Positions 43,535 to 58,666 are shown, counted from the first letter of the stretch. The stretch is DNA of 64,000 nucleotides from Eledone cirrhosa (GCA_964016885.1 OZ024755.1:11904001-11968000), one strand, 5' to 3'. The notes: generated by a model from the letters alone, not told the origin. Program-made: numbers and translations.

Positions 43535-44878
43535 AGAGAGAGATGTCTTTTCGGGACATGTCTTTGATTTTGTGTTGTTAAAGCGAATCCCTTCTGTTGT
43601 TGCTTTTATTGTAGCTTCTGATGCTGCCCTGGCTACTTCTATTGACCTGTTGCTGGGTGCTTGATGAGCCGGACCGTTAGAGTGTTGGATAAAATGCTTT
43701 ACGTCATTTACTTATGTTCTGAGTTCAAATCCTACGAAAGTCAATTTGCTTCTTTAATTCCACACCAACCTTACACTAATTCTATAAAACGAAACAATAC
43801 CCTCTATGTCTGTTTTCTCTTCGGTCTGAGTTTGTATACATTTTATTCCCGTGTATACATATATACATATACATATACACCATGAAATCACGCAGCTTAG
43901 TGACTGCCGTGTTCAACACACGATTGTAAGGATGTGTGTTTGATTCCTGGAGGCACATATTCTCCATGAGGAATACACTTTACTCCACGTCTCTCCAATC
44001 CTCTCAACAAGAAAATGATAAGTGGAAGTTATAATTCAGAGGCCATCCTTGTCAAATATCAAACCACACTCATTTCCCCTGAGAAGGACGTTAAATGTTC
44101 AAGTGTCTGTGAAGGCACTGCCACTTAGAAATAATATAACCGACACCTTCACGGTGTCACATTGACTGTTTTTAAGGACTACGTTAAGGATACACGTGTC
44201 GGTGGAATACTAGGTCACAAGCACTATAATACAACGCAGATTGTACCTGTAATTCAATGACCATCATTGCCACACTCTACACAACATTGAATTTCCCTTC
44301 TAAATATGTTAAGCGTATCGTGTATCTGTTGAATACTGAACCAGTCACTGGCAAGCTAGTTTCCCAAGCAGGATGTTCCTTTGGTCAAACAACTGAAACA
44401 CTCGTCGTCGTAATCGACGGAGTTCCAACTCCGTTGGAACTCAAATACAGAGACAGACACATCTTATCGCAGTATATAGCCGGGGAGAAAAGTGCATAGA
44501 ATTAAAATATTTTATTAAACTTAAGCTGCTCTCATATCCCTGCGGTGGTGACTCTATCGTTCGCCTTCCGGAGTTGATAGAATTAGTAATACATTAAGTG
44601 AAATCAAACAGAACATAGTGGAAATCCTGATATTTCACTCCATACAAACACACACAAACATACACACAGACAGACAGCCACACTATGTATGTATATATAA
44701 ATATATATGTGTGTGTACGTTGTTATACTATAGTTGCTGTACATATTGTTATAATATAATTAGTGTGCCTTATTTTTCTCACCTGTATATATTGTATTAA
44801 TAATATTATTGATATTATATATGAAAAGACAACAAACTTTCCATTAGAAAGGCATAATGGAAACTGCGTGGAAGCCGG

Positions 44879-44914
<36 letters not shown>

Positions 44915-44916
<2 letters not shown>

Positions 44917-45110
44917 GAAAATGTACAAGACCCCGACGGCAGAACTGAAGCCGTTTCGACGGCTATTTCTGTCCAGAAATAGCCGCCGAGACGGGTTGAG
45001 CTCTGCCGTCGGGGTCTTGTACATTTTCCTATTACCGATTCTACTACCCTAAGTATTGAGTACTCTGGTGCGTAATGGTCCACCTGATTCCTTACCACAC
45101 TTCCTTCATT
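44915..45110 (+). mobile_element. Family A fold-back element
   Basis: Homologous arms and tail, in (TA)n. Confidence 0.8.
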
Positions 45111-45809
45111 ATATATATATATATATGGGAAGGGTTTGGAACCTGACGGTTCGACAATAAGTAATCGATGAAATAAGCACCGGATTTAAATTAAATAAGT
45201 AGTAACCGACGAATTCCTTTTAAAGGATGGCGCATTTAGCAAAAAAGTAAATAAAAGAAATTCATATTTGTTATCCTACAGTACTTATTTTATAATAGTT
45301 ATCTATATTTTATGATAGTTATCTCTCTCCTTAGTAACTACAATATATCTATATCGGTTTGTGTGTATTTTATAAAAAAAAATTATTAATTTCCTTAATT
45401 CCCTGTCTAGTCTTATTAATTGAATTAGCCTCCAGTTAAGAATGTTATTATACCTTTAACTTGATACTGGAACATCTAGTGTATTCATATCTATTGCCTT
45501 ATTTTTGGCATTTATCTCAGTTTTACTATTAATCTAGTGTGTCTAACATAAACGAAAAGAGAGTTTAGAAATGAATGTTTATGTTATTAACTCATAATTA
45601 TTAGTAAGTCTGTGTTTGCTGTAATTTTCTTATCTCTGTTTCTCGACCTACTATGAGACTACTTAATAGTTTATTTTTTGCTTACTTTGCTTAATTCGAT
45701 GGTTATCTTGGTGCCTTTTACGAACTGAATTTAAAGTTAGATTCTCTACTGAATCCCTGTACATTACATAACAGTGATTAAAGTGTCTTGTCATTTGTAA
45801 TATACAGGG

Positions 45810-46020
45810 TGGTTTTTGGTTTTGCGCTATAAACTTCTTCATTCGACCACCCTCACAGATAAAACACCACATGGCATTAAGTCAGGACTCTTGCTGGCCA
45901 TTCATGTGGAACTCGGCGACCCAGCTAACGTCTTGGAAATTAGGCATCAAGCCACTCACGGACAATGAGTGCAAAATGAGGAGGGGGTCCCCCCTTGCAT
46001 GAATATGAGGTCATTGATAT
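45810..46020 (-). pseudogene. Decayed Tc1/mariner DD37D (maT-like) transposase fragment
   Basis: IFMQ.G.PPHFALIVREWLDA*FP.R*LGRRVPHEWPAR/SPDL.PC...GW..EEVY, with frameshifts. Confidence 0.8.
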
Positions 46021-46429
46021 TGTTCCAAGTGGTCACAGTAGACCAACAGTTATAAGTAATTTTTAATAGGGAGTACATAGTCAGCTCTTTCACATATAGG
46101 ATATTGCTGGTTTCATCTTTCCATCCATGGGCATTTAACTTCTGCTAGAATCATAGGGATGCCAGCGTGATATGCGATGTGCCTTTCACATGTATACCTT
46201 GCATTGGGTATCTCTCTACAGATGTGACCACAGCCACTTTTTTCCAGAGAAAAGAGAGAGTGAGTGAGTGAGTGTGTGTTAGAGAGAGATATAGAGGACT
46301 AATCGAACCCAGTATTGCACTAGTACTTTATTTAGGGATGAAGTTTACAGCTAGGCAGTTCCGTTGATTGATCAACTGAAACATTCATCTTCGAAAGCGA
46401 CGTGGATCCATTCCATAAGATAGTGAAAG

Positions 46430-47010
46430 GAACTTCAGGATTGTTCCGCTGTTACGTTTGTTGTTTTAACTATCTCGATTCTTCTACTCCAGTCACTTTT
46501 TTCCGTACAACACTTAGAAGATATTCTAGTTATCTCGGTGTCGGTGCTGAAATCATTTCTGTTTTGATTTTACCGAGATCTCGTTAAAAATCGTTTTGGG
46601 TTGGATTCAAAATATGTGCTTTGTTCCAAGACATGTTGTCACTTTTACATAATGGCTAAGCGTTGTTTGGTTTCAAGTGTTTCTTGTTTTCTCCTACGTC
46701 GCATTTCTGAAATATTTTTTTCTCTTCTTTTTTTTTTCCTATTTTAATGATTTCATGTCTTTCCATTCTTGAATTCATTAAGGAGTGAAAAAAAAAAAAG
46801 ACATTTCTTTTTACCTCACATTTCCCATTGTATGTATGTTTGTTTTCTACATTATTTGTTTGAGCTTTCGTTGTTCCTTTCTGGATAATTTTCAGGAAGT
46901 AAACACTTTGCTTTGAGACTATAGCGACACCTGCATAGATTATTTGATTTATCATGGTGATATTGAAGATATCATCACTTCTCAATATGTCCACGATGGC
47001 CAACTCCGCG
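46430..47010 (-). pseudogene. Possible decayed Dong/R4 N-terminal region
   Basis: ITMINQIIYAGVAIV and a QNR-like segment; heavily degenerate. Confidence 0.3.
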
Positions 47011-48526
47011 ATTCTGTTGTTATTGTTATATGGATGTTAGGTTCTATCGTCGGTGTGATATGTTATTGATACATAACGAGGTCATCTATCAATTTTAATT
47101 CTTTAACTTTCCTTTTATGTTTAGACTATTATTATTTGACATTTTCAGATTTAGGACTCTCTATCGTTGTAATCAAGGCCGCGAATTGGCAGAGCCGTTA
47201 GTCGTCGGATATAATGTTTTATGGTATTCATTCCAGCTCTCTGCTTCCTCAGCTCAAATCCCAATGAGGTCGATAAAAAAGTACCAGTCTAGTTAGTACT
47301 GGGATCAATTGTTCCTCTATATGTCTCGCTCTTAATCTCACTAACTGCTGTACTTAGGTCTGGAGAGGAGATGGGCTCCGTCAGGCTTCAAATGTCCAAG
47401 AAACGCCGTATATCAATACGGCGTCCCTGCGACTCCATCAGGAGTTACGGGACCAAAGGAAAGGATTGTTATAGTAATATAATCACAAGATTGTTATAAT
47501 AATAGAATCACAAGATCTAGGACTATCTACTGCTATAATCACCATTTAAGGATCAAGAAATGTGAAAAAGTGACATAACGGAATTATGGACCCCAGTATA
47601 AAATATACTTTTTATTCCTTGACCTCGAAAGGTTGAAAAGGAAAGTTGGCCTTGGCAAGATTGGAACTCAGAGCGAATGCTGCAAAGAATTCTATCCAGC
47701 ACTCTAATAACTGTATCGACTATATTTCGGTCTGAAAAGTAGCCTTGTGTTAGTGCTAATTCAAATGTTTATAGTACATTTACTATGACAATATCGTTAT
47801 GAAGAGCAAATTTTAGCAGTCAATTATGCTAAAATTAATGTTATATTTGCTGGTTGTTAATTAGCTCTTAACATCTTGTAATGATTTCGCAGAAAATATC
47901 TAAACACATGTTTGTTAATTTAAACGTTTACAATATCTTTACGAGATTACATATTGTCAATATTTTCAGTCTTAGAATTCAAACTCCAATGTTTAATGTG
48001 ATACAGACAATGTGTTGTTTTGTATTATTCCAGTTTCATGTGGTACAGAACGTTAAGAGTTTACTGTAGGTCGAATGGTACGGTGTACATTTGAATTAGT
48101 TGCTATGCTGTGCTTAGGGTTGGATCTGGATGATGTTAGCTTGATCTTTGATCCGTTAGTGTGTTGACATGAGGAGATCATTCATTTAGCAATACATAAA
48201 ATAAACTATTCCTAATCAGAGTTCAATCATTTCAATTTAATTACTTCTATATTATAATATCCTTTGGAAGTACAATCAAGCAAATAACTGTAAAATTTAA
48301 AATAACCGAATGCGTTATTTGCTCCATTCTGTTTCAGCATTATTATCAGTTATGTTGGATTTTTCCTATTTTCCTTTTATCGATGCTAATGAATATTTTT
48401 TCTATTAATTGAATAGCAGTTGACGAGAAGCCACAGAGCATTGAATAAAATTGGCAGATGGGTGGGGTTTACATTGGCGGAATAGTTAAGGAGTGTGACG
48501 AGATGCATTACGTTCTCTCTCTCTCC

Positions 48527-48562
<36 letters not shown>

Positions 48563-48597
48563 TTATGTGTATTTCTCTCCTTACTGTTATGTATGTG

Positions 48598-48652
<55 letters not shown>

Positions 48653-48777
48653 CAGTAAGGAGAGAAGTGCACATAAATATATGTGTCCAATTATAGGGGA
48701 TATAAAGCCATATATGTATGTAATATATATATTACCCCCCGGTTGAACACGGGATAAACTTGTATATATATATATAT

Positions 48778-48885
48778 GAACGAGTAGGACCCCGACGGCT
48801 GAGCTCAATTAGCCACTCTACTACCCTAAGTATTGAGCACTTTGGTGCGTTATGGTCCATCTGGTTCCTTACCACATTTCCTTCG

Positions 48886-48887
<2 letters not shown>
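48778..48887 (+). mobile_element. Family A element, short arm plus tail
   Basis: gaccccgacggctgagctc joined to tail ccactctactaccctaagtattgagcac... Confidence 0.7.
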
Positions 48888-48940
<53 letters not shown>

Positions 48941-48977
48941 TATTGAAGTTTGCTTGAAGCATTGTGGAATAATAGGT

Positions 48978-49540
<563 letters not shown>

Positions 49541-49591
49541 CGTATGAAATCATGGTTACCTCCCGACACATATATATGTGTGTGTGTGTGT

Positions 49592-49670
<79 letters not shown>

Positions 49671-51309
49671 GTAAATACCATATAACTCCTGCTGGAGTCG
49701 TAGGAGCGCTTATGACACACGGAGCGTTAGCTAAATGCTGCTAGCTAAGGGCGACACGGGAGAGTTAGAGATGGCCCTAAAGAGTGACGTCTGGCGATAC
49801 ATTGTGGTTGGGGGAGGTCACTCCTCTTTCTATATTGCCATAGGTTGGACAAGAAAGGAGGAATCAGGAAGAGAGAAGACTAAGGTGGTGGAGGGGGAGA
49901 TTAAGTGTGTGTAGGTGGGGGAAGGCTAGGTGGGTGAGGCAAGTTAGATAAAGAGCTAGAAGGGAGAGATGGAAGGGGGACATATACATAAATATATGTT
50001 CAAATGCAACGTGAATGAAGGATGTATACTTTCTAATATTCTAACAATGTATTAACGCTATTAATACTATCTAAAATCATGTTGGTATTGCAATATATTG
50101 TCGTGTCTGTTTATCTGTGTTTGTTTACGTGTTTGTTTACATAGCTGTACATCATGTATGTGAACATGAACGTCTAGCAGGTTATATTTGTTTTTAGTTT
50201 ATGCTAATTGTATCCATCATGCTACAAACGGCCTCTTTGATGATAATACTGATACGGTGTACAAGATAACAGAAACGTGAATCACCTCTTTAAGGAGAGA
50301 ATTGATTACACTATCTGGATGACCTTAATATGTGTTAGTGACTGCTCTACTTATGTCATACTGGTTGATGTTAGTAACTAGCTTAAAGATCAGCTTGCAA
50401 CAACTATTCTGCAACTGCGTGCATACAGCAGATATTTTATTATTTTATTATTTCATTCTTTCATTCTTTTACATTTTGTTTAGTCATTAGACTGCGGCCA
50501 TTCCGAGGCATCGCTTTAAAGCGATTTTGATCGATTACATGAACACCCAATCATTTTATTCTAAAGTCTGTTACCTACTTTATCGATATTGTTTTTCGAA
50601 CCGCTAATTTATGGGACACAAACACACACATACAGATATGTGTGTGTTTTACTACAAGAGTATTTGACACAACAGACGTAAGTAAGCACAACACAATTCC
50701 ATCAATATCGGCAAAAGAAACCAAGGAGAGGTAACCGCTAATGTGATCAGTCACGTGTGCATAACCCTTATTTTTCTACTAGTTCTTCCTGTAGTTAAGA
50801 TTTCTACACAGAAATCTGCAATATGGACCTGATGTTTCAGACCCCCCCCCCACACACACACACCACCACCACCCTTCATCAATACCTCTCTTGTGAAGTG
50901 TGTTGGTCTCATGAGAGAATATTTTCTTCTCTCCACAGAAAAGCTATTCTACATTCTAAAGAGTAGAATGCTGTATTTGTTTACAATACAATTACAACAT
51001 GATGCCTCTATGCTTTACTTAAGTATTCAGTATCTTACATTTTCAGTATCAAATATCTTAGAAGTGTTGAGACCAACATAATTGATATTAAAACTATGGT
51101 AATTTAATCGACTATACCACCTAATAGGTCAGTCACTGATGTTATATGCTATTTATTCAGATATTTTAGTTAATGAAAATGATAGCGACAGTAATAGCAG
51201 TTTAATGACATGCATTGCGCAGGAAAAACGTATCACACTTCTGCGAAAAATCATATTACAAAAGCTAATGAAATATCAAGAATAATGATAGAAAGGACAT
51301 GGCCGAGAG

Positions 51310-51718
51310 TCGTATAGTAGAAGGGGGCTCTATACAATAACAGTGTAGTCTATATGATAGAAGTAAGGTGTATATAATAGAAAGGTGGTCCGTATTATAT
51401 AAGTGTGGTTTATATAATAGAAGTGGTTTATATATTAAAAGAGTGGTCTGTATAATAGAGGTGTGATCCGTAAAAAAAGAGAAGTTCGTATAACAGAAGA
51501 GTGGCCTATATGTCAGAAGAGTGGTCTATAAGACAGAATAGTGGTCTATATGATAGAAGGGTGGTCTATAAGACAGAATAGTGGTCTATATGATAGAAGG
51601 GTGGTCTATAAGACAGAATAGTGGTCTATATGTCAGAAGAGTGGTCTATAAGACAGAATAGTGGTCTATATGATAGAAGGGTGGTCTATAAGACAGAATA
51701 GTGGTCTATATGATAGAA
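51310..51718. repeat. 20-bp minisatellite with 40-bp higher-order dimer
   Basis: gtggtctatatgatagaagg alternates with gtggtctataagacagaata; the array decays toward the left. Confidence 0.9.
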
Positions 51719-52587
51719 TTTTATGCAGTTAAGAAGAAAAGTGAAACCGGAAATAGTCTCCATGTCAGAAAACGCACCAAAGCAAAAGTCAATATGTAGC
51801 TGTCAAAATGTAAGTGTATGGCCTTGGCCTTTTGGAATAAGCATCGATTACCAAAGCGTCAGGTTCTCCCAACCCTTGTGTGTGAAAGTGAGTAGACGGA
51901 AATTGCTTAGAAACCCGTCAGAGGGATTGTACATGTCATCAAAAGGGCTAGCCTTCTCACACACTGGATCTCCCTGCATAAAGGGTACACGTTAACTCAT
52001 GATCAGGCTGTTCCCGTTGGTCGAACAATTAAGACACCCATCACCGAAACCGACAGGGAGACAGAGATCTATTCTATATCATACCATAGCCTACAATGTA
52101 AAGACAGTTTGGGGGTAATTTTAAAATGTTGCTGTTATCGCTATTAACTTGAGTGTTCATGTAGAGTCTCCCACGTTGGCTTGTTGATAGATTACTAGAT
52201 TAGTAGAATATCAGATTAGTTATGTTCTGTAAATATTGTGCTAATTGACTGTTAGTAATGCGTTTAATTATCGTTTTGCTTTCGTTATTACGACCGCCAT
52301 GTTGTCATGGAAAAACTACTGAGGTGTTCTTGAGCCATCTTGAGAAGATTTGTCTGATGTATATGTTTGTATAATTGTGTGTCTCATTCATTCTCTTTGT
52401 GTGTGTATGTGTGTGTATGTATATGTTTGTGTGTGTGTATGTTTGCGTGCGTGTGTGTGTGCGTGCGTGTGTGTGTGTCTGTGTATACGTGTGTTTCTAC
52501 GTATAAATGAAAGATTAGTTCCGCTGAATTTTGCAGGGGATACAAAATTATGTATAACCCTGTATCTCTTTCCGGCTGTGATTTTCA

Positions 52588-52664
<77 letters not shown>

Positions 52665-53008
52665 TTTTGTGTGTGTTTGTGTGTTTCTATGTGTGAAGGC
52701 GATATTGGATTGGTTGACTCTTGTACGAGTACAAAACTATGTCCTCAAGGGTTGCTGAAGATCGTAGTGTTTATGTTTTAGCCTCGTGCCGTATGTAATT
52801 TGTTCCAGTTAAAACAAAGTTATGATTTATAGATGTGTTTAGGTGCAAGTACGACTGTCTGGTTAAATATTTCGCTTCGCAACCAAGTGGTTTTAGGTTC
52901 ACTCTCACTGCCTGACACCATGGCATTTTTTTATTTTTTATACTATAGCCTCGGGCTCACCAATATCCCCTGTGAGTGGAGTTTAGTAAACGGAAGCTGT
53001 GCTGAAAC

Positions 53009-53063
<55 letters not shown>

Positions 53064-53065
<2 letters not shown>

Positions 53066-53240
53066 CAAAGAGGGTATGGTAAGGAAACAGGTGGACCATA
53101 ACGCACTAGAGTACTCAGTACTTAGGGTAGTAGAGAGGGTAATACGAAAAGAGTCAGGACCCCGACGGCTGAGCTCCGGCCGTTTCGACAGCTAGATCCG
53201 AACTAGCTGTCGAAACGGCCGGACCCCAGCCGGTTTTTCC

Positions 53241-53241
<1 letters not shown>
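53064..53241 (-). mobile_element. Family A fold-back element
   Basis: Reverse tail plus hairpin ccggccgtttcgacagctag...ctagctgtcgaaacggccgg. Confidence 0.75.
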
Positions 53242-53273
<32 letters not shown>

Positions 53274-53854
53274 AGTCCCTCATCAGTGATTTGCCGACGA
53301 TCATCGATATTTCATTGCATTAAAAATCATATACCTCACGTCGGTGCAATAATAACCCAAATAAGTTATTAGGACAATTGAAACGCGTAAAGCGAGTGAG
53401 ACAGGAGAACAACACAGAGTATAGCTAACCGTAGGGGAAAGAAACAAGCTTCAAAATTATTCTGTTTAGCATAAGCTAGGTGAATATATGAGCGCTTTTA
53501 GAAAACAGACCTGACACGAACTCTGGCCATGTGAGAAGAGAGAAAAATAGCCTTCGTGGTGTACAGGATGAAATGAAGAGAAGAGAAACAGTGAGTGAGT
53601 GAAAGTGTGGGGAAGAGTTAACTGACATGACAGAGGGGGAGAAACAGAGAGACTGGGGGAGCAGTAAGAGAGAGAGAGAAAAAAACACAGAATCGCAGTG
53701 GTAAATATATGTAATAAAATATAGAGAAAAATACTGCAGGTAGCACATGGATAACATGTAATAAAATGAGTCCCTCATCAGTGATTTGCCGACGATCATC
53801 GATATTTCATTGCATGTTATCCATGTGCTACCTGCAGTATTTTTCTCTATATTT

Positions 53855-53920
<66 letters not shown>

Positions 53921-55508
53921 ATATAAACAAGGAGTATAAGTTAAAAGGACTATTAATTGGACTATGAATAAACGAAGTTAATTATTTTAACCTGTTGACT
54001 TATACGTCTTGTTTATAAATATACTCCAAAGTAATCCCAACTGCGTACATCGTCGAGTGCTCTACCCTGCATATTGAAATGTCGGTGATTAACCAACACA
54101 TACTCGAATTAATATATTTATATGTGTGTGTATGTGTGTGTGTGTGTGTGTGTGTGCTTGTGAGAGAGAAGGAGAGAAAGAGTGAGCGTGCGTACGTGCA
54201 CGCACATGTGGACTGATTTCAGATGAATTCATAGATATACGACAGATATGGCTATGAATATATATTCACGCATATACACGCACACACACACATGCACACG
54301 TGTGTGTACCGTGAGAGAAGAACGGTAAAGAAGAGAGAGAGAGAGAGGGAGAGAGGGGGGGAGAGAGAGAGAGGGGGGGCGGGCAGAAACACTAGAGATG
54401 CGAAGATATATAGAGAAATAGATGGACAAAATAGATAGATAAGCAAAGAGACGGACAAGATGTTATCAAAGATTTGTAAAAACCAATGCAGAGCTTCACT
54501 ATTTCTGTATCTTCCCGTCTTCATTTTTTAAGAATGTTTTTTTTTCTTTTTGTCAATAAAAATGGCTTATAATCTATGACAGACATCTCAAATCTCGTGA
54601 TCTGTAATAAGTTATTACTATGAGAACTAATTCTTGCACTAGACAATATGCAAACGTCATCTGGACTTACGCAAAGTTGTTGAATACGTGAGTCTTTCGT
54701 TAAAACTCATGTCCAATTATCTCTTATATAATTATGGTACGTGTGACAATTTTCTTCTAGATAATTACTAATTACGTGAAGATATTTTAGGATGCAAATA
54801 TTTGAAAAATGTATTAGTATTTCTCCGATAAACATGCCTATATCCACACACACACACACACACACACACATATAATCTCCGTCTCACACCTCCACCATTT
54901 TAATTTTCACCCTCACCCCTTCATCATTTATGGGCCCCACGTTAGACCTCCCCCACTCACTTCCTCCATCACCCCTCGTTCACCATCCGTGCTCAACAAC
55001 AACTACCAGCATGGAAACACAGTCCTCCACCTCCACTGGTCTAACTCGTTCAAGCACGGAAAGGCAGTCTCTACCGTCATCCATCCTCTTAACTCAGCCC
55101 ATCTTATACCAGCATAGAAAGCCCGATGCTTCCCCGCCGCCGCCTCATCAACCCATACCAAGCCACCTTGGACATGCCCAAACTTATCTACATATCGAAA
55201 ACAGAGAATGTCTGTCTGTCTGACTCCCTAAAACTCGAGAACCACCCAACCGATTCTTTTCAAACTTTACACATGTAATACTTATGGTCGTGTGAGTATT
55301 TTGAGCAAAACATATTTTAAATTTTCAATGCCCTAGGGACCGCATCAGGCGCCGGTAACGTCGCACCCTCATAATATCTGTTTGTATGTCTGGCTGTTTG
55401 CATTACGACATTATGACACTATCTGTGTGTGTGTGTGTGTATATGTATATATAGTGTGTGTAAAGCTTTTCGAAATATTTACTTCTGCGTTCACAGATTG
55501 ATTTTTTT

Positions 55509-55559
55509 AGTTTCAGAAGATCCCGTTAAGAGTGAAAGCAGCGATTCTTCGCTTAAACT
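55509..55559 (+). ncRNA. Family B hammerhead-like fold (CAGAAGA core)
   Basis: AGTTT-CAGAAGA-tcccgttaagagt-GAAAGCagcgattcttcGCTT^AAACT. Confidence 0.55.
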
Positions 55560-55570
55560 TTAATCTGTTA

Positions 55571-55652
<82 letters not shown>

Positions 55653-55865
55653 AATGAATATATGATAGGGATAAATACTGATACAAGTATACATGTGTTT
55701 GCATTGCAAATGACCAAGTTAGCTAGATTGAAAAATACTAATTAAAATAATACGGTTTGCCTGTCTCGATTTAAAATAATAAATCAAGAAAAACAATTAC
55801 ACGGCTCAGAAATATCCCTTTCTTTGAGCTATTTAATTGTAAAAGACTATTTGAGTTTATAACTC

Positions 55866-55933
<68 letters not shown>

Positions 55934-55936
<3 letters not shown>

Positions 55937-57085
55937 ATAAGAAAAAGCGAAGTAGTTTCAGATGTTAAAGTCCTTTAATGATAATGATGTGATACATATT
56001 TCAATGACGACAGTGGCCACACGGTTCGGTGCGCCCAGTGCCGTGACATCATCAGACAGCTTTTTACATAAGAAGTTTATGTTTCCGAGGCAATCCAAAT
56101 TGAATCGAAACTTCTTAAACTATAACTTAAACATCTCCCTATTTATTAGTTATTATATGTATATATATTTTTTTACTTACTTCAATCTAGATTCTAACTT
56201 GTAATTTTTTTCAATTTTTGATTTTTAATTTTTAATTTTAATTTCCAACTCTCATTCATAATTTCCACTGTGAAACCATAATCGTTTCTACTTTTGGGTA
56301 CAAGGCCAGCAATTATTTCAGTGTATTACTGGTACTTTATTTTATCGACCCCGTAAGGATGAAAGGCAAAGTTAACCTCGGTGGGATTTGAACTCAGTCC
56401 GTAAAGGGAAGTAACTCTTTGCTGCAAAGCATAGCGTCCGACCCTCTACCGATACTGCCAATCCACTGTGAAACCATAATACCTAGAAATAAGTATATAT
56501 TCTCTTAGCGGTTGATGGTCAATTCTACTGTCCATGCTTAATTTAGGGGTAGTATTGAGACCTATTGATACTCATACTCTCCCACCCCCACTAGCTTTCG
56601 GCCGGCTGCCACTAAAGGGTGGCTAGCAGTAAACTATAGCCGTGTCATATTACAGGCCTGGATGGGGTTTGTTTTGTTGAGAGGGGGACTTGCCTAGGCG
56701 AGTTGCGTAGAACTCTGCGGTAGTTGATGGTCAACTTCCTTCGGACTTGCGCCTGCGCAGACCGGTGGGGGTGAATTGGAACTCACAAGGGAACGGGCGA
56801 AGAACTCAAGAGCACACGCTTTGTCCGTTCCCATGTCGATTCAATTTGGATTGCATCGGAAACATAACCTTCTTATGTAAGAAGCTGTCTGATGATGTCA
56901 CGACACTGGGTACACCGAAGCGGGTGAGCACTGTCGTCATTGAAATATGTATTACAGCATTATCATTAAAGGATATTAACATCTGAAACTACTTCGCTTT
57001 TTCTTATTCGATATATATTCCGTCACACCTATGTGGAAAAAGTTCGTTGAATGCTTGAATTGAATTGCATCAATATTTACCTTAA

Positions 57086-57087
<2 letters not shown>
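55934..57087. mobile_element. Family F fold-back element with two HHRs (55986-56060 -, 56884-56958 +) and one-sided tail
   Basis: Inverted arms at about 55934-56110 and 56836-57011. The + copy reads GCTGT-CTGATGA...GAAATATGTATT^ACAGC. Tail 57012-57087, TA arrays on both sides, SINE nested inside. Confidence 0.8.
56281..56468 (-). mobile_element. Same SINE family, nested in family F element
   Basis: TSD gtgaaaccataat. Confidence 0.85.
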
Positions 57088-57124
<37 letters not shown>

Positions 57125-57254
57125 AAAGTTCTATTTAAATTGTTGGGATACAACAAGCAAATATTTTTATAACTGATATAAAGCACTCAACAAATATTTG
57201 GAGTAAAAATACGATATATTAACAAATGGAAACTATATTTATAAAACCATATTT

Positions 57255-57317
57255 ATTTCATTATACATATTTCAAGGACACCAAGTTAAATTATTGTGTG
57301 CTTTCATCAGATAAAAT
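57255..57317 (-). ncRNA. Type I hammerhead ribozyme (family G, second copy)
   Basis: Minus strand reads ATTTTAT-CTGATGA-aagcacac...gtgtcctt-GAAATATGTATA^ATGAAAT. Stem I differs from the 25545 copy but stays fully paired. Confidence 0.8.
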
Positions 57318-58485
57318 ATAATATAGATCAGTTTTATAAATAAATAAATATTGACATACCCTTAAAGAATGCAACCATTACAGATATTTTTGCATACACA
57401 GTAACAAAATATAAACAAACGTATTTATTTCACGAGGCTCGATAAGGATAAATATATATCAAATATATAAGAACCCTAGAACAAATATTGTTCTCATTGC
57501 TGACGAGGCAGAAGGGGATATACACGATTAGCTGAAGAAGGACGAGACCAACGGCTGCTATCATACCAACAGCAGCAAAAACAACAACAAAAAAGAGAGG
57601 GAACGCAATTACATGCTTTTGAAAAATCTTAATGGAAAATTATTTGCCTATTCACCCAAGGCGACTTCACTTTTTATTAGGACTTCTGCATCGATTGGTG
57701 AACATACGACGAAACTGTTTCAGATAGGAGGGATAAACATGCCAATCTATGTTTAGAATCCCGAGGAACGCCGGGCCATTCTGCTAGTACCATAATAAAA
57801 TGCTTCGTTACATTTCGGAACGGCATCTGGCCAGGAAGGTAATAGCAAAACAAAACCGGAATGTATGAACTAGACGTAGTCTCTTGTCTTGCCTAGGTTC
57901 AGGCTCACAACGCGACATCCGTCATACCGAAGGGGGCATGTTCAACAATGATGGTGATGAAGTACCCACATCCTTTCCACACTTTCCTATCCAAACTATG
58001 CATGCACTGAAAGCCAGACGCGTTCCTCACACGCTCTAACAAAGTGCTACAACCACAAAAGTCCACCTTGTACAGCATTAGAGCTGGTATCACGACAAAG
58101 ACTGCACCCACTCCACCCTGTACAGTGGTCGTGCTGGTACAACTACAAAAGAATTACTCAGTTTACTCTGCAGGGAGGTCGTACTAGTAACACGACAAAA
58201 TATGCACCCATTCCGCTCTATTACATGATTGTACTGGTGCCATTACAAAAAGCATCCTGTTCAGCCTGTAGTGGTGGCGTCACGAAAAATACCCCAGTAA
58301 ACGATGTAATATGGTTGGCGTTTGGAAGGGCATCCGTCTGAAGAAAAGCAATCCCAAAGCTGAACTATATGAGCATGACGTGGTCACCTGACCTGGCTAG
58401 TCTCATTACGTGAAAAGCCGCCTAAGCCATGCAAACATGGAAAATAGAGGTTAAACGGTGCTGCTGCTGCTACTGCTTATGATGA

Positions 58486-58527
<42 letters not shown>

Positions 58528-58529
<2 letters not shown>

Positions 58530-58666
58530 CGAAGGAACGAAGGAACCAAATGGACAATAACGCACCAGAGTACTCAATACTTAGGGTAGTAGAGTGGGTA
58601 ATAGGAAAATGTTCAAGACCCCTACGGCAGAGCTCGAGCCGTTTCGACGACTTGAACATTTTCCCA
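58528..58666 (-). mobile_element. Family A element
   Basis: Reverse tail, arm, and a short inverted end (ttgaacattttcc). Confidence 0.7.

Larger units (their letters stand above)
55187..57787 (+). mobile_element. Probable non-autonomous Helitron carrying nested insertions
   Basis: A|TCtacatat...tgtctgtctg start; end cccgaggaacgccggg...CTAG|T. Pairing of the two ends is inferred. Confidence 0.55.

Noticed and set aside
50197-50280. Candidate small exons (also 48034-48078 and 59383-59447)
   Set aside because: Weak donors, early stops and no recognisable homology.
51310-51718. Regular repeat array superficially like CRISPR
   Set aside because: No unique spacers, eukaryotic context, no cas genes.
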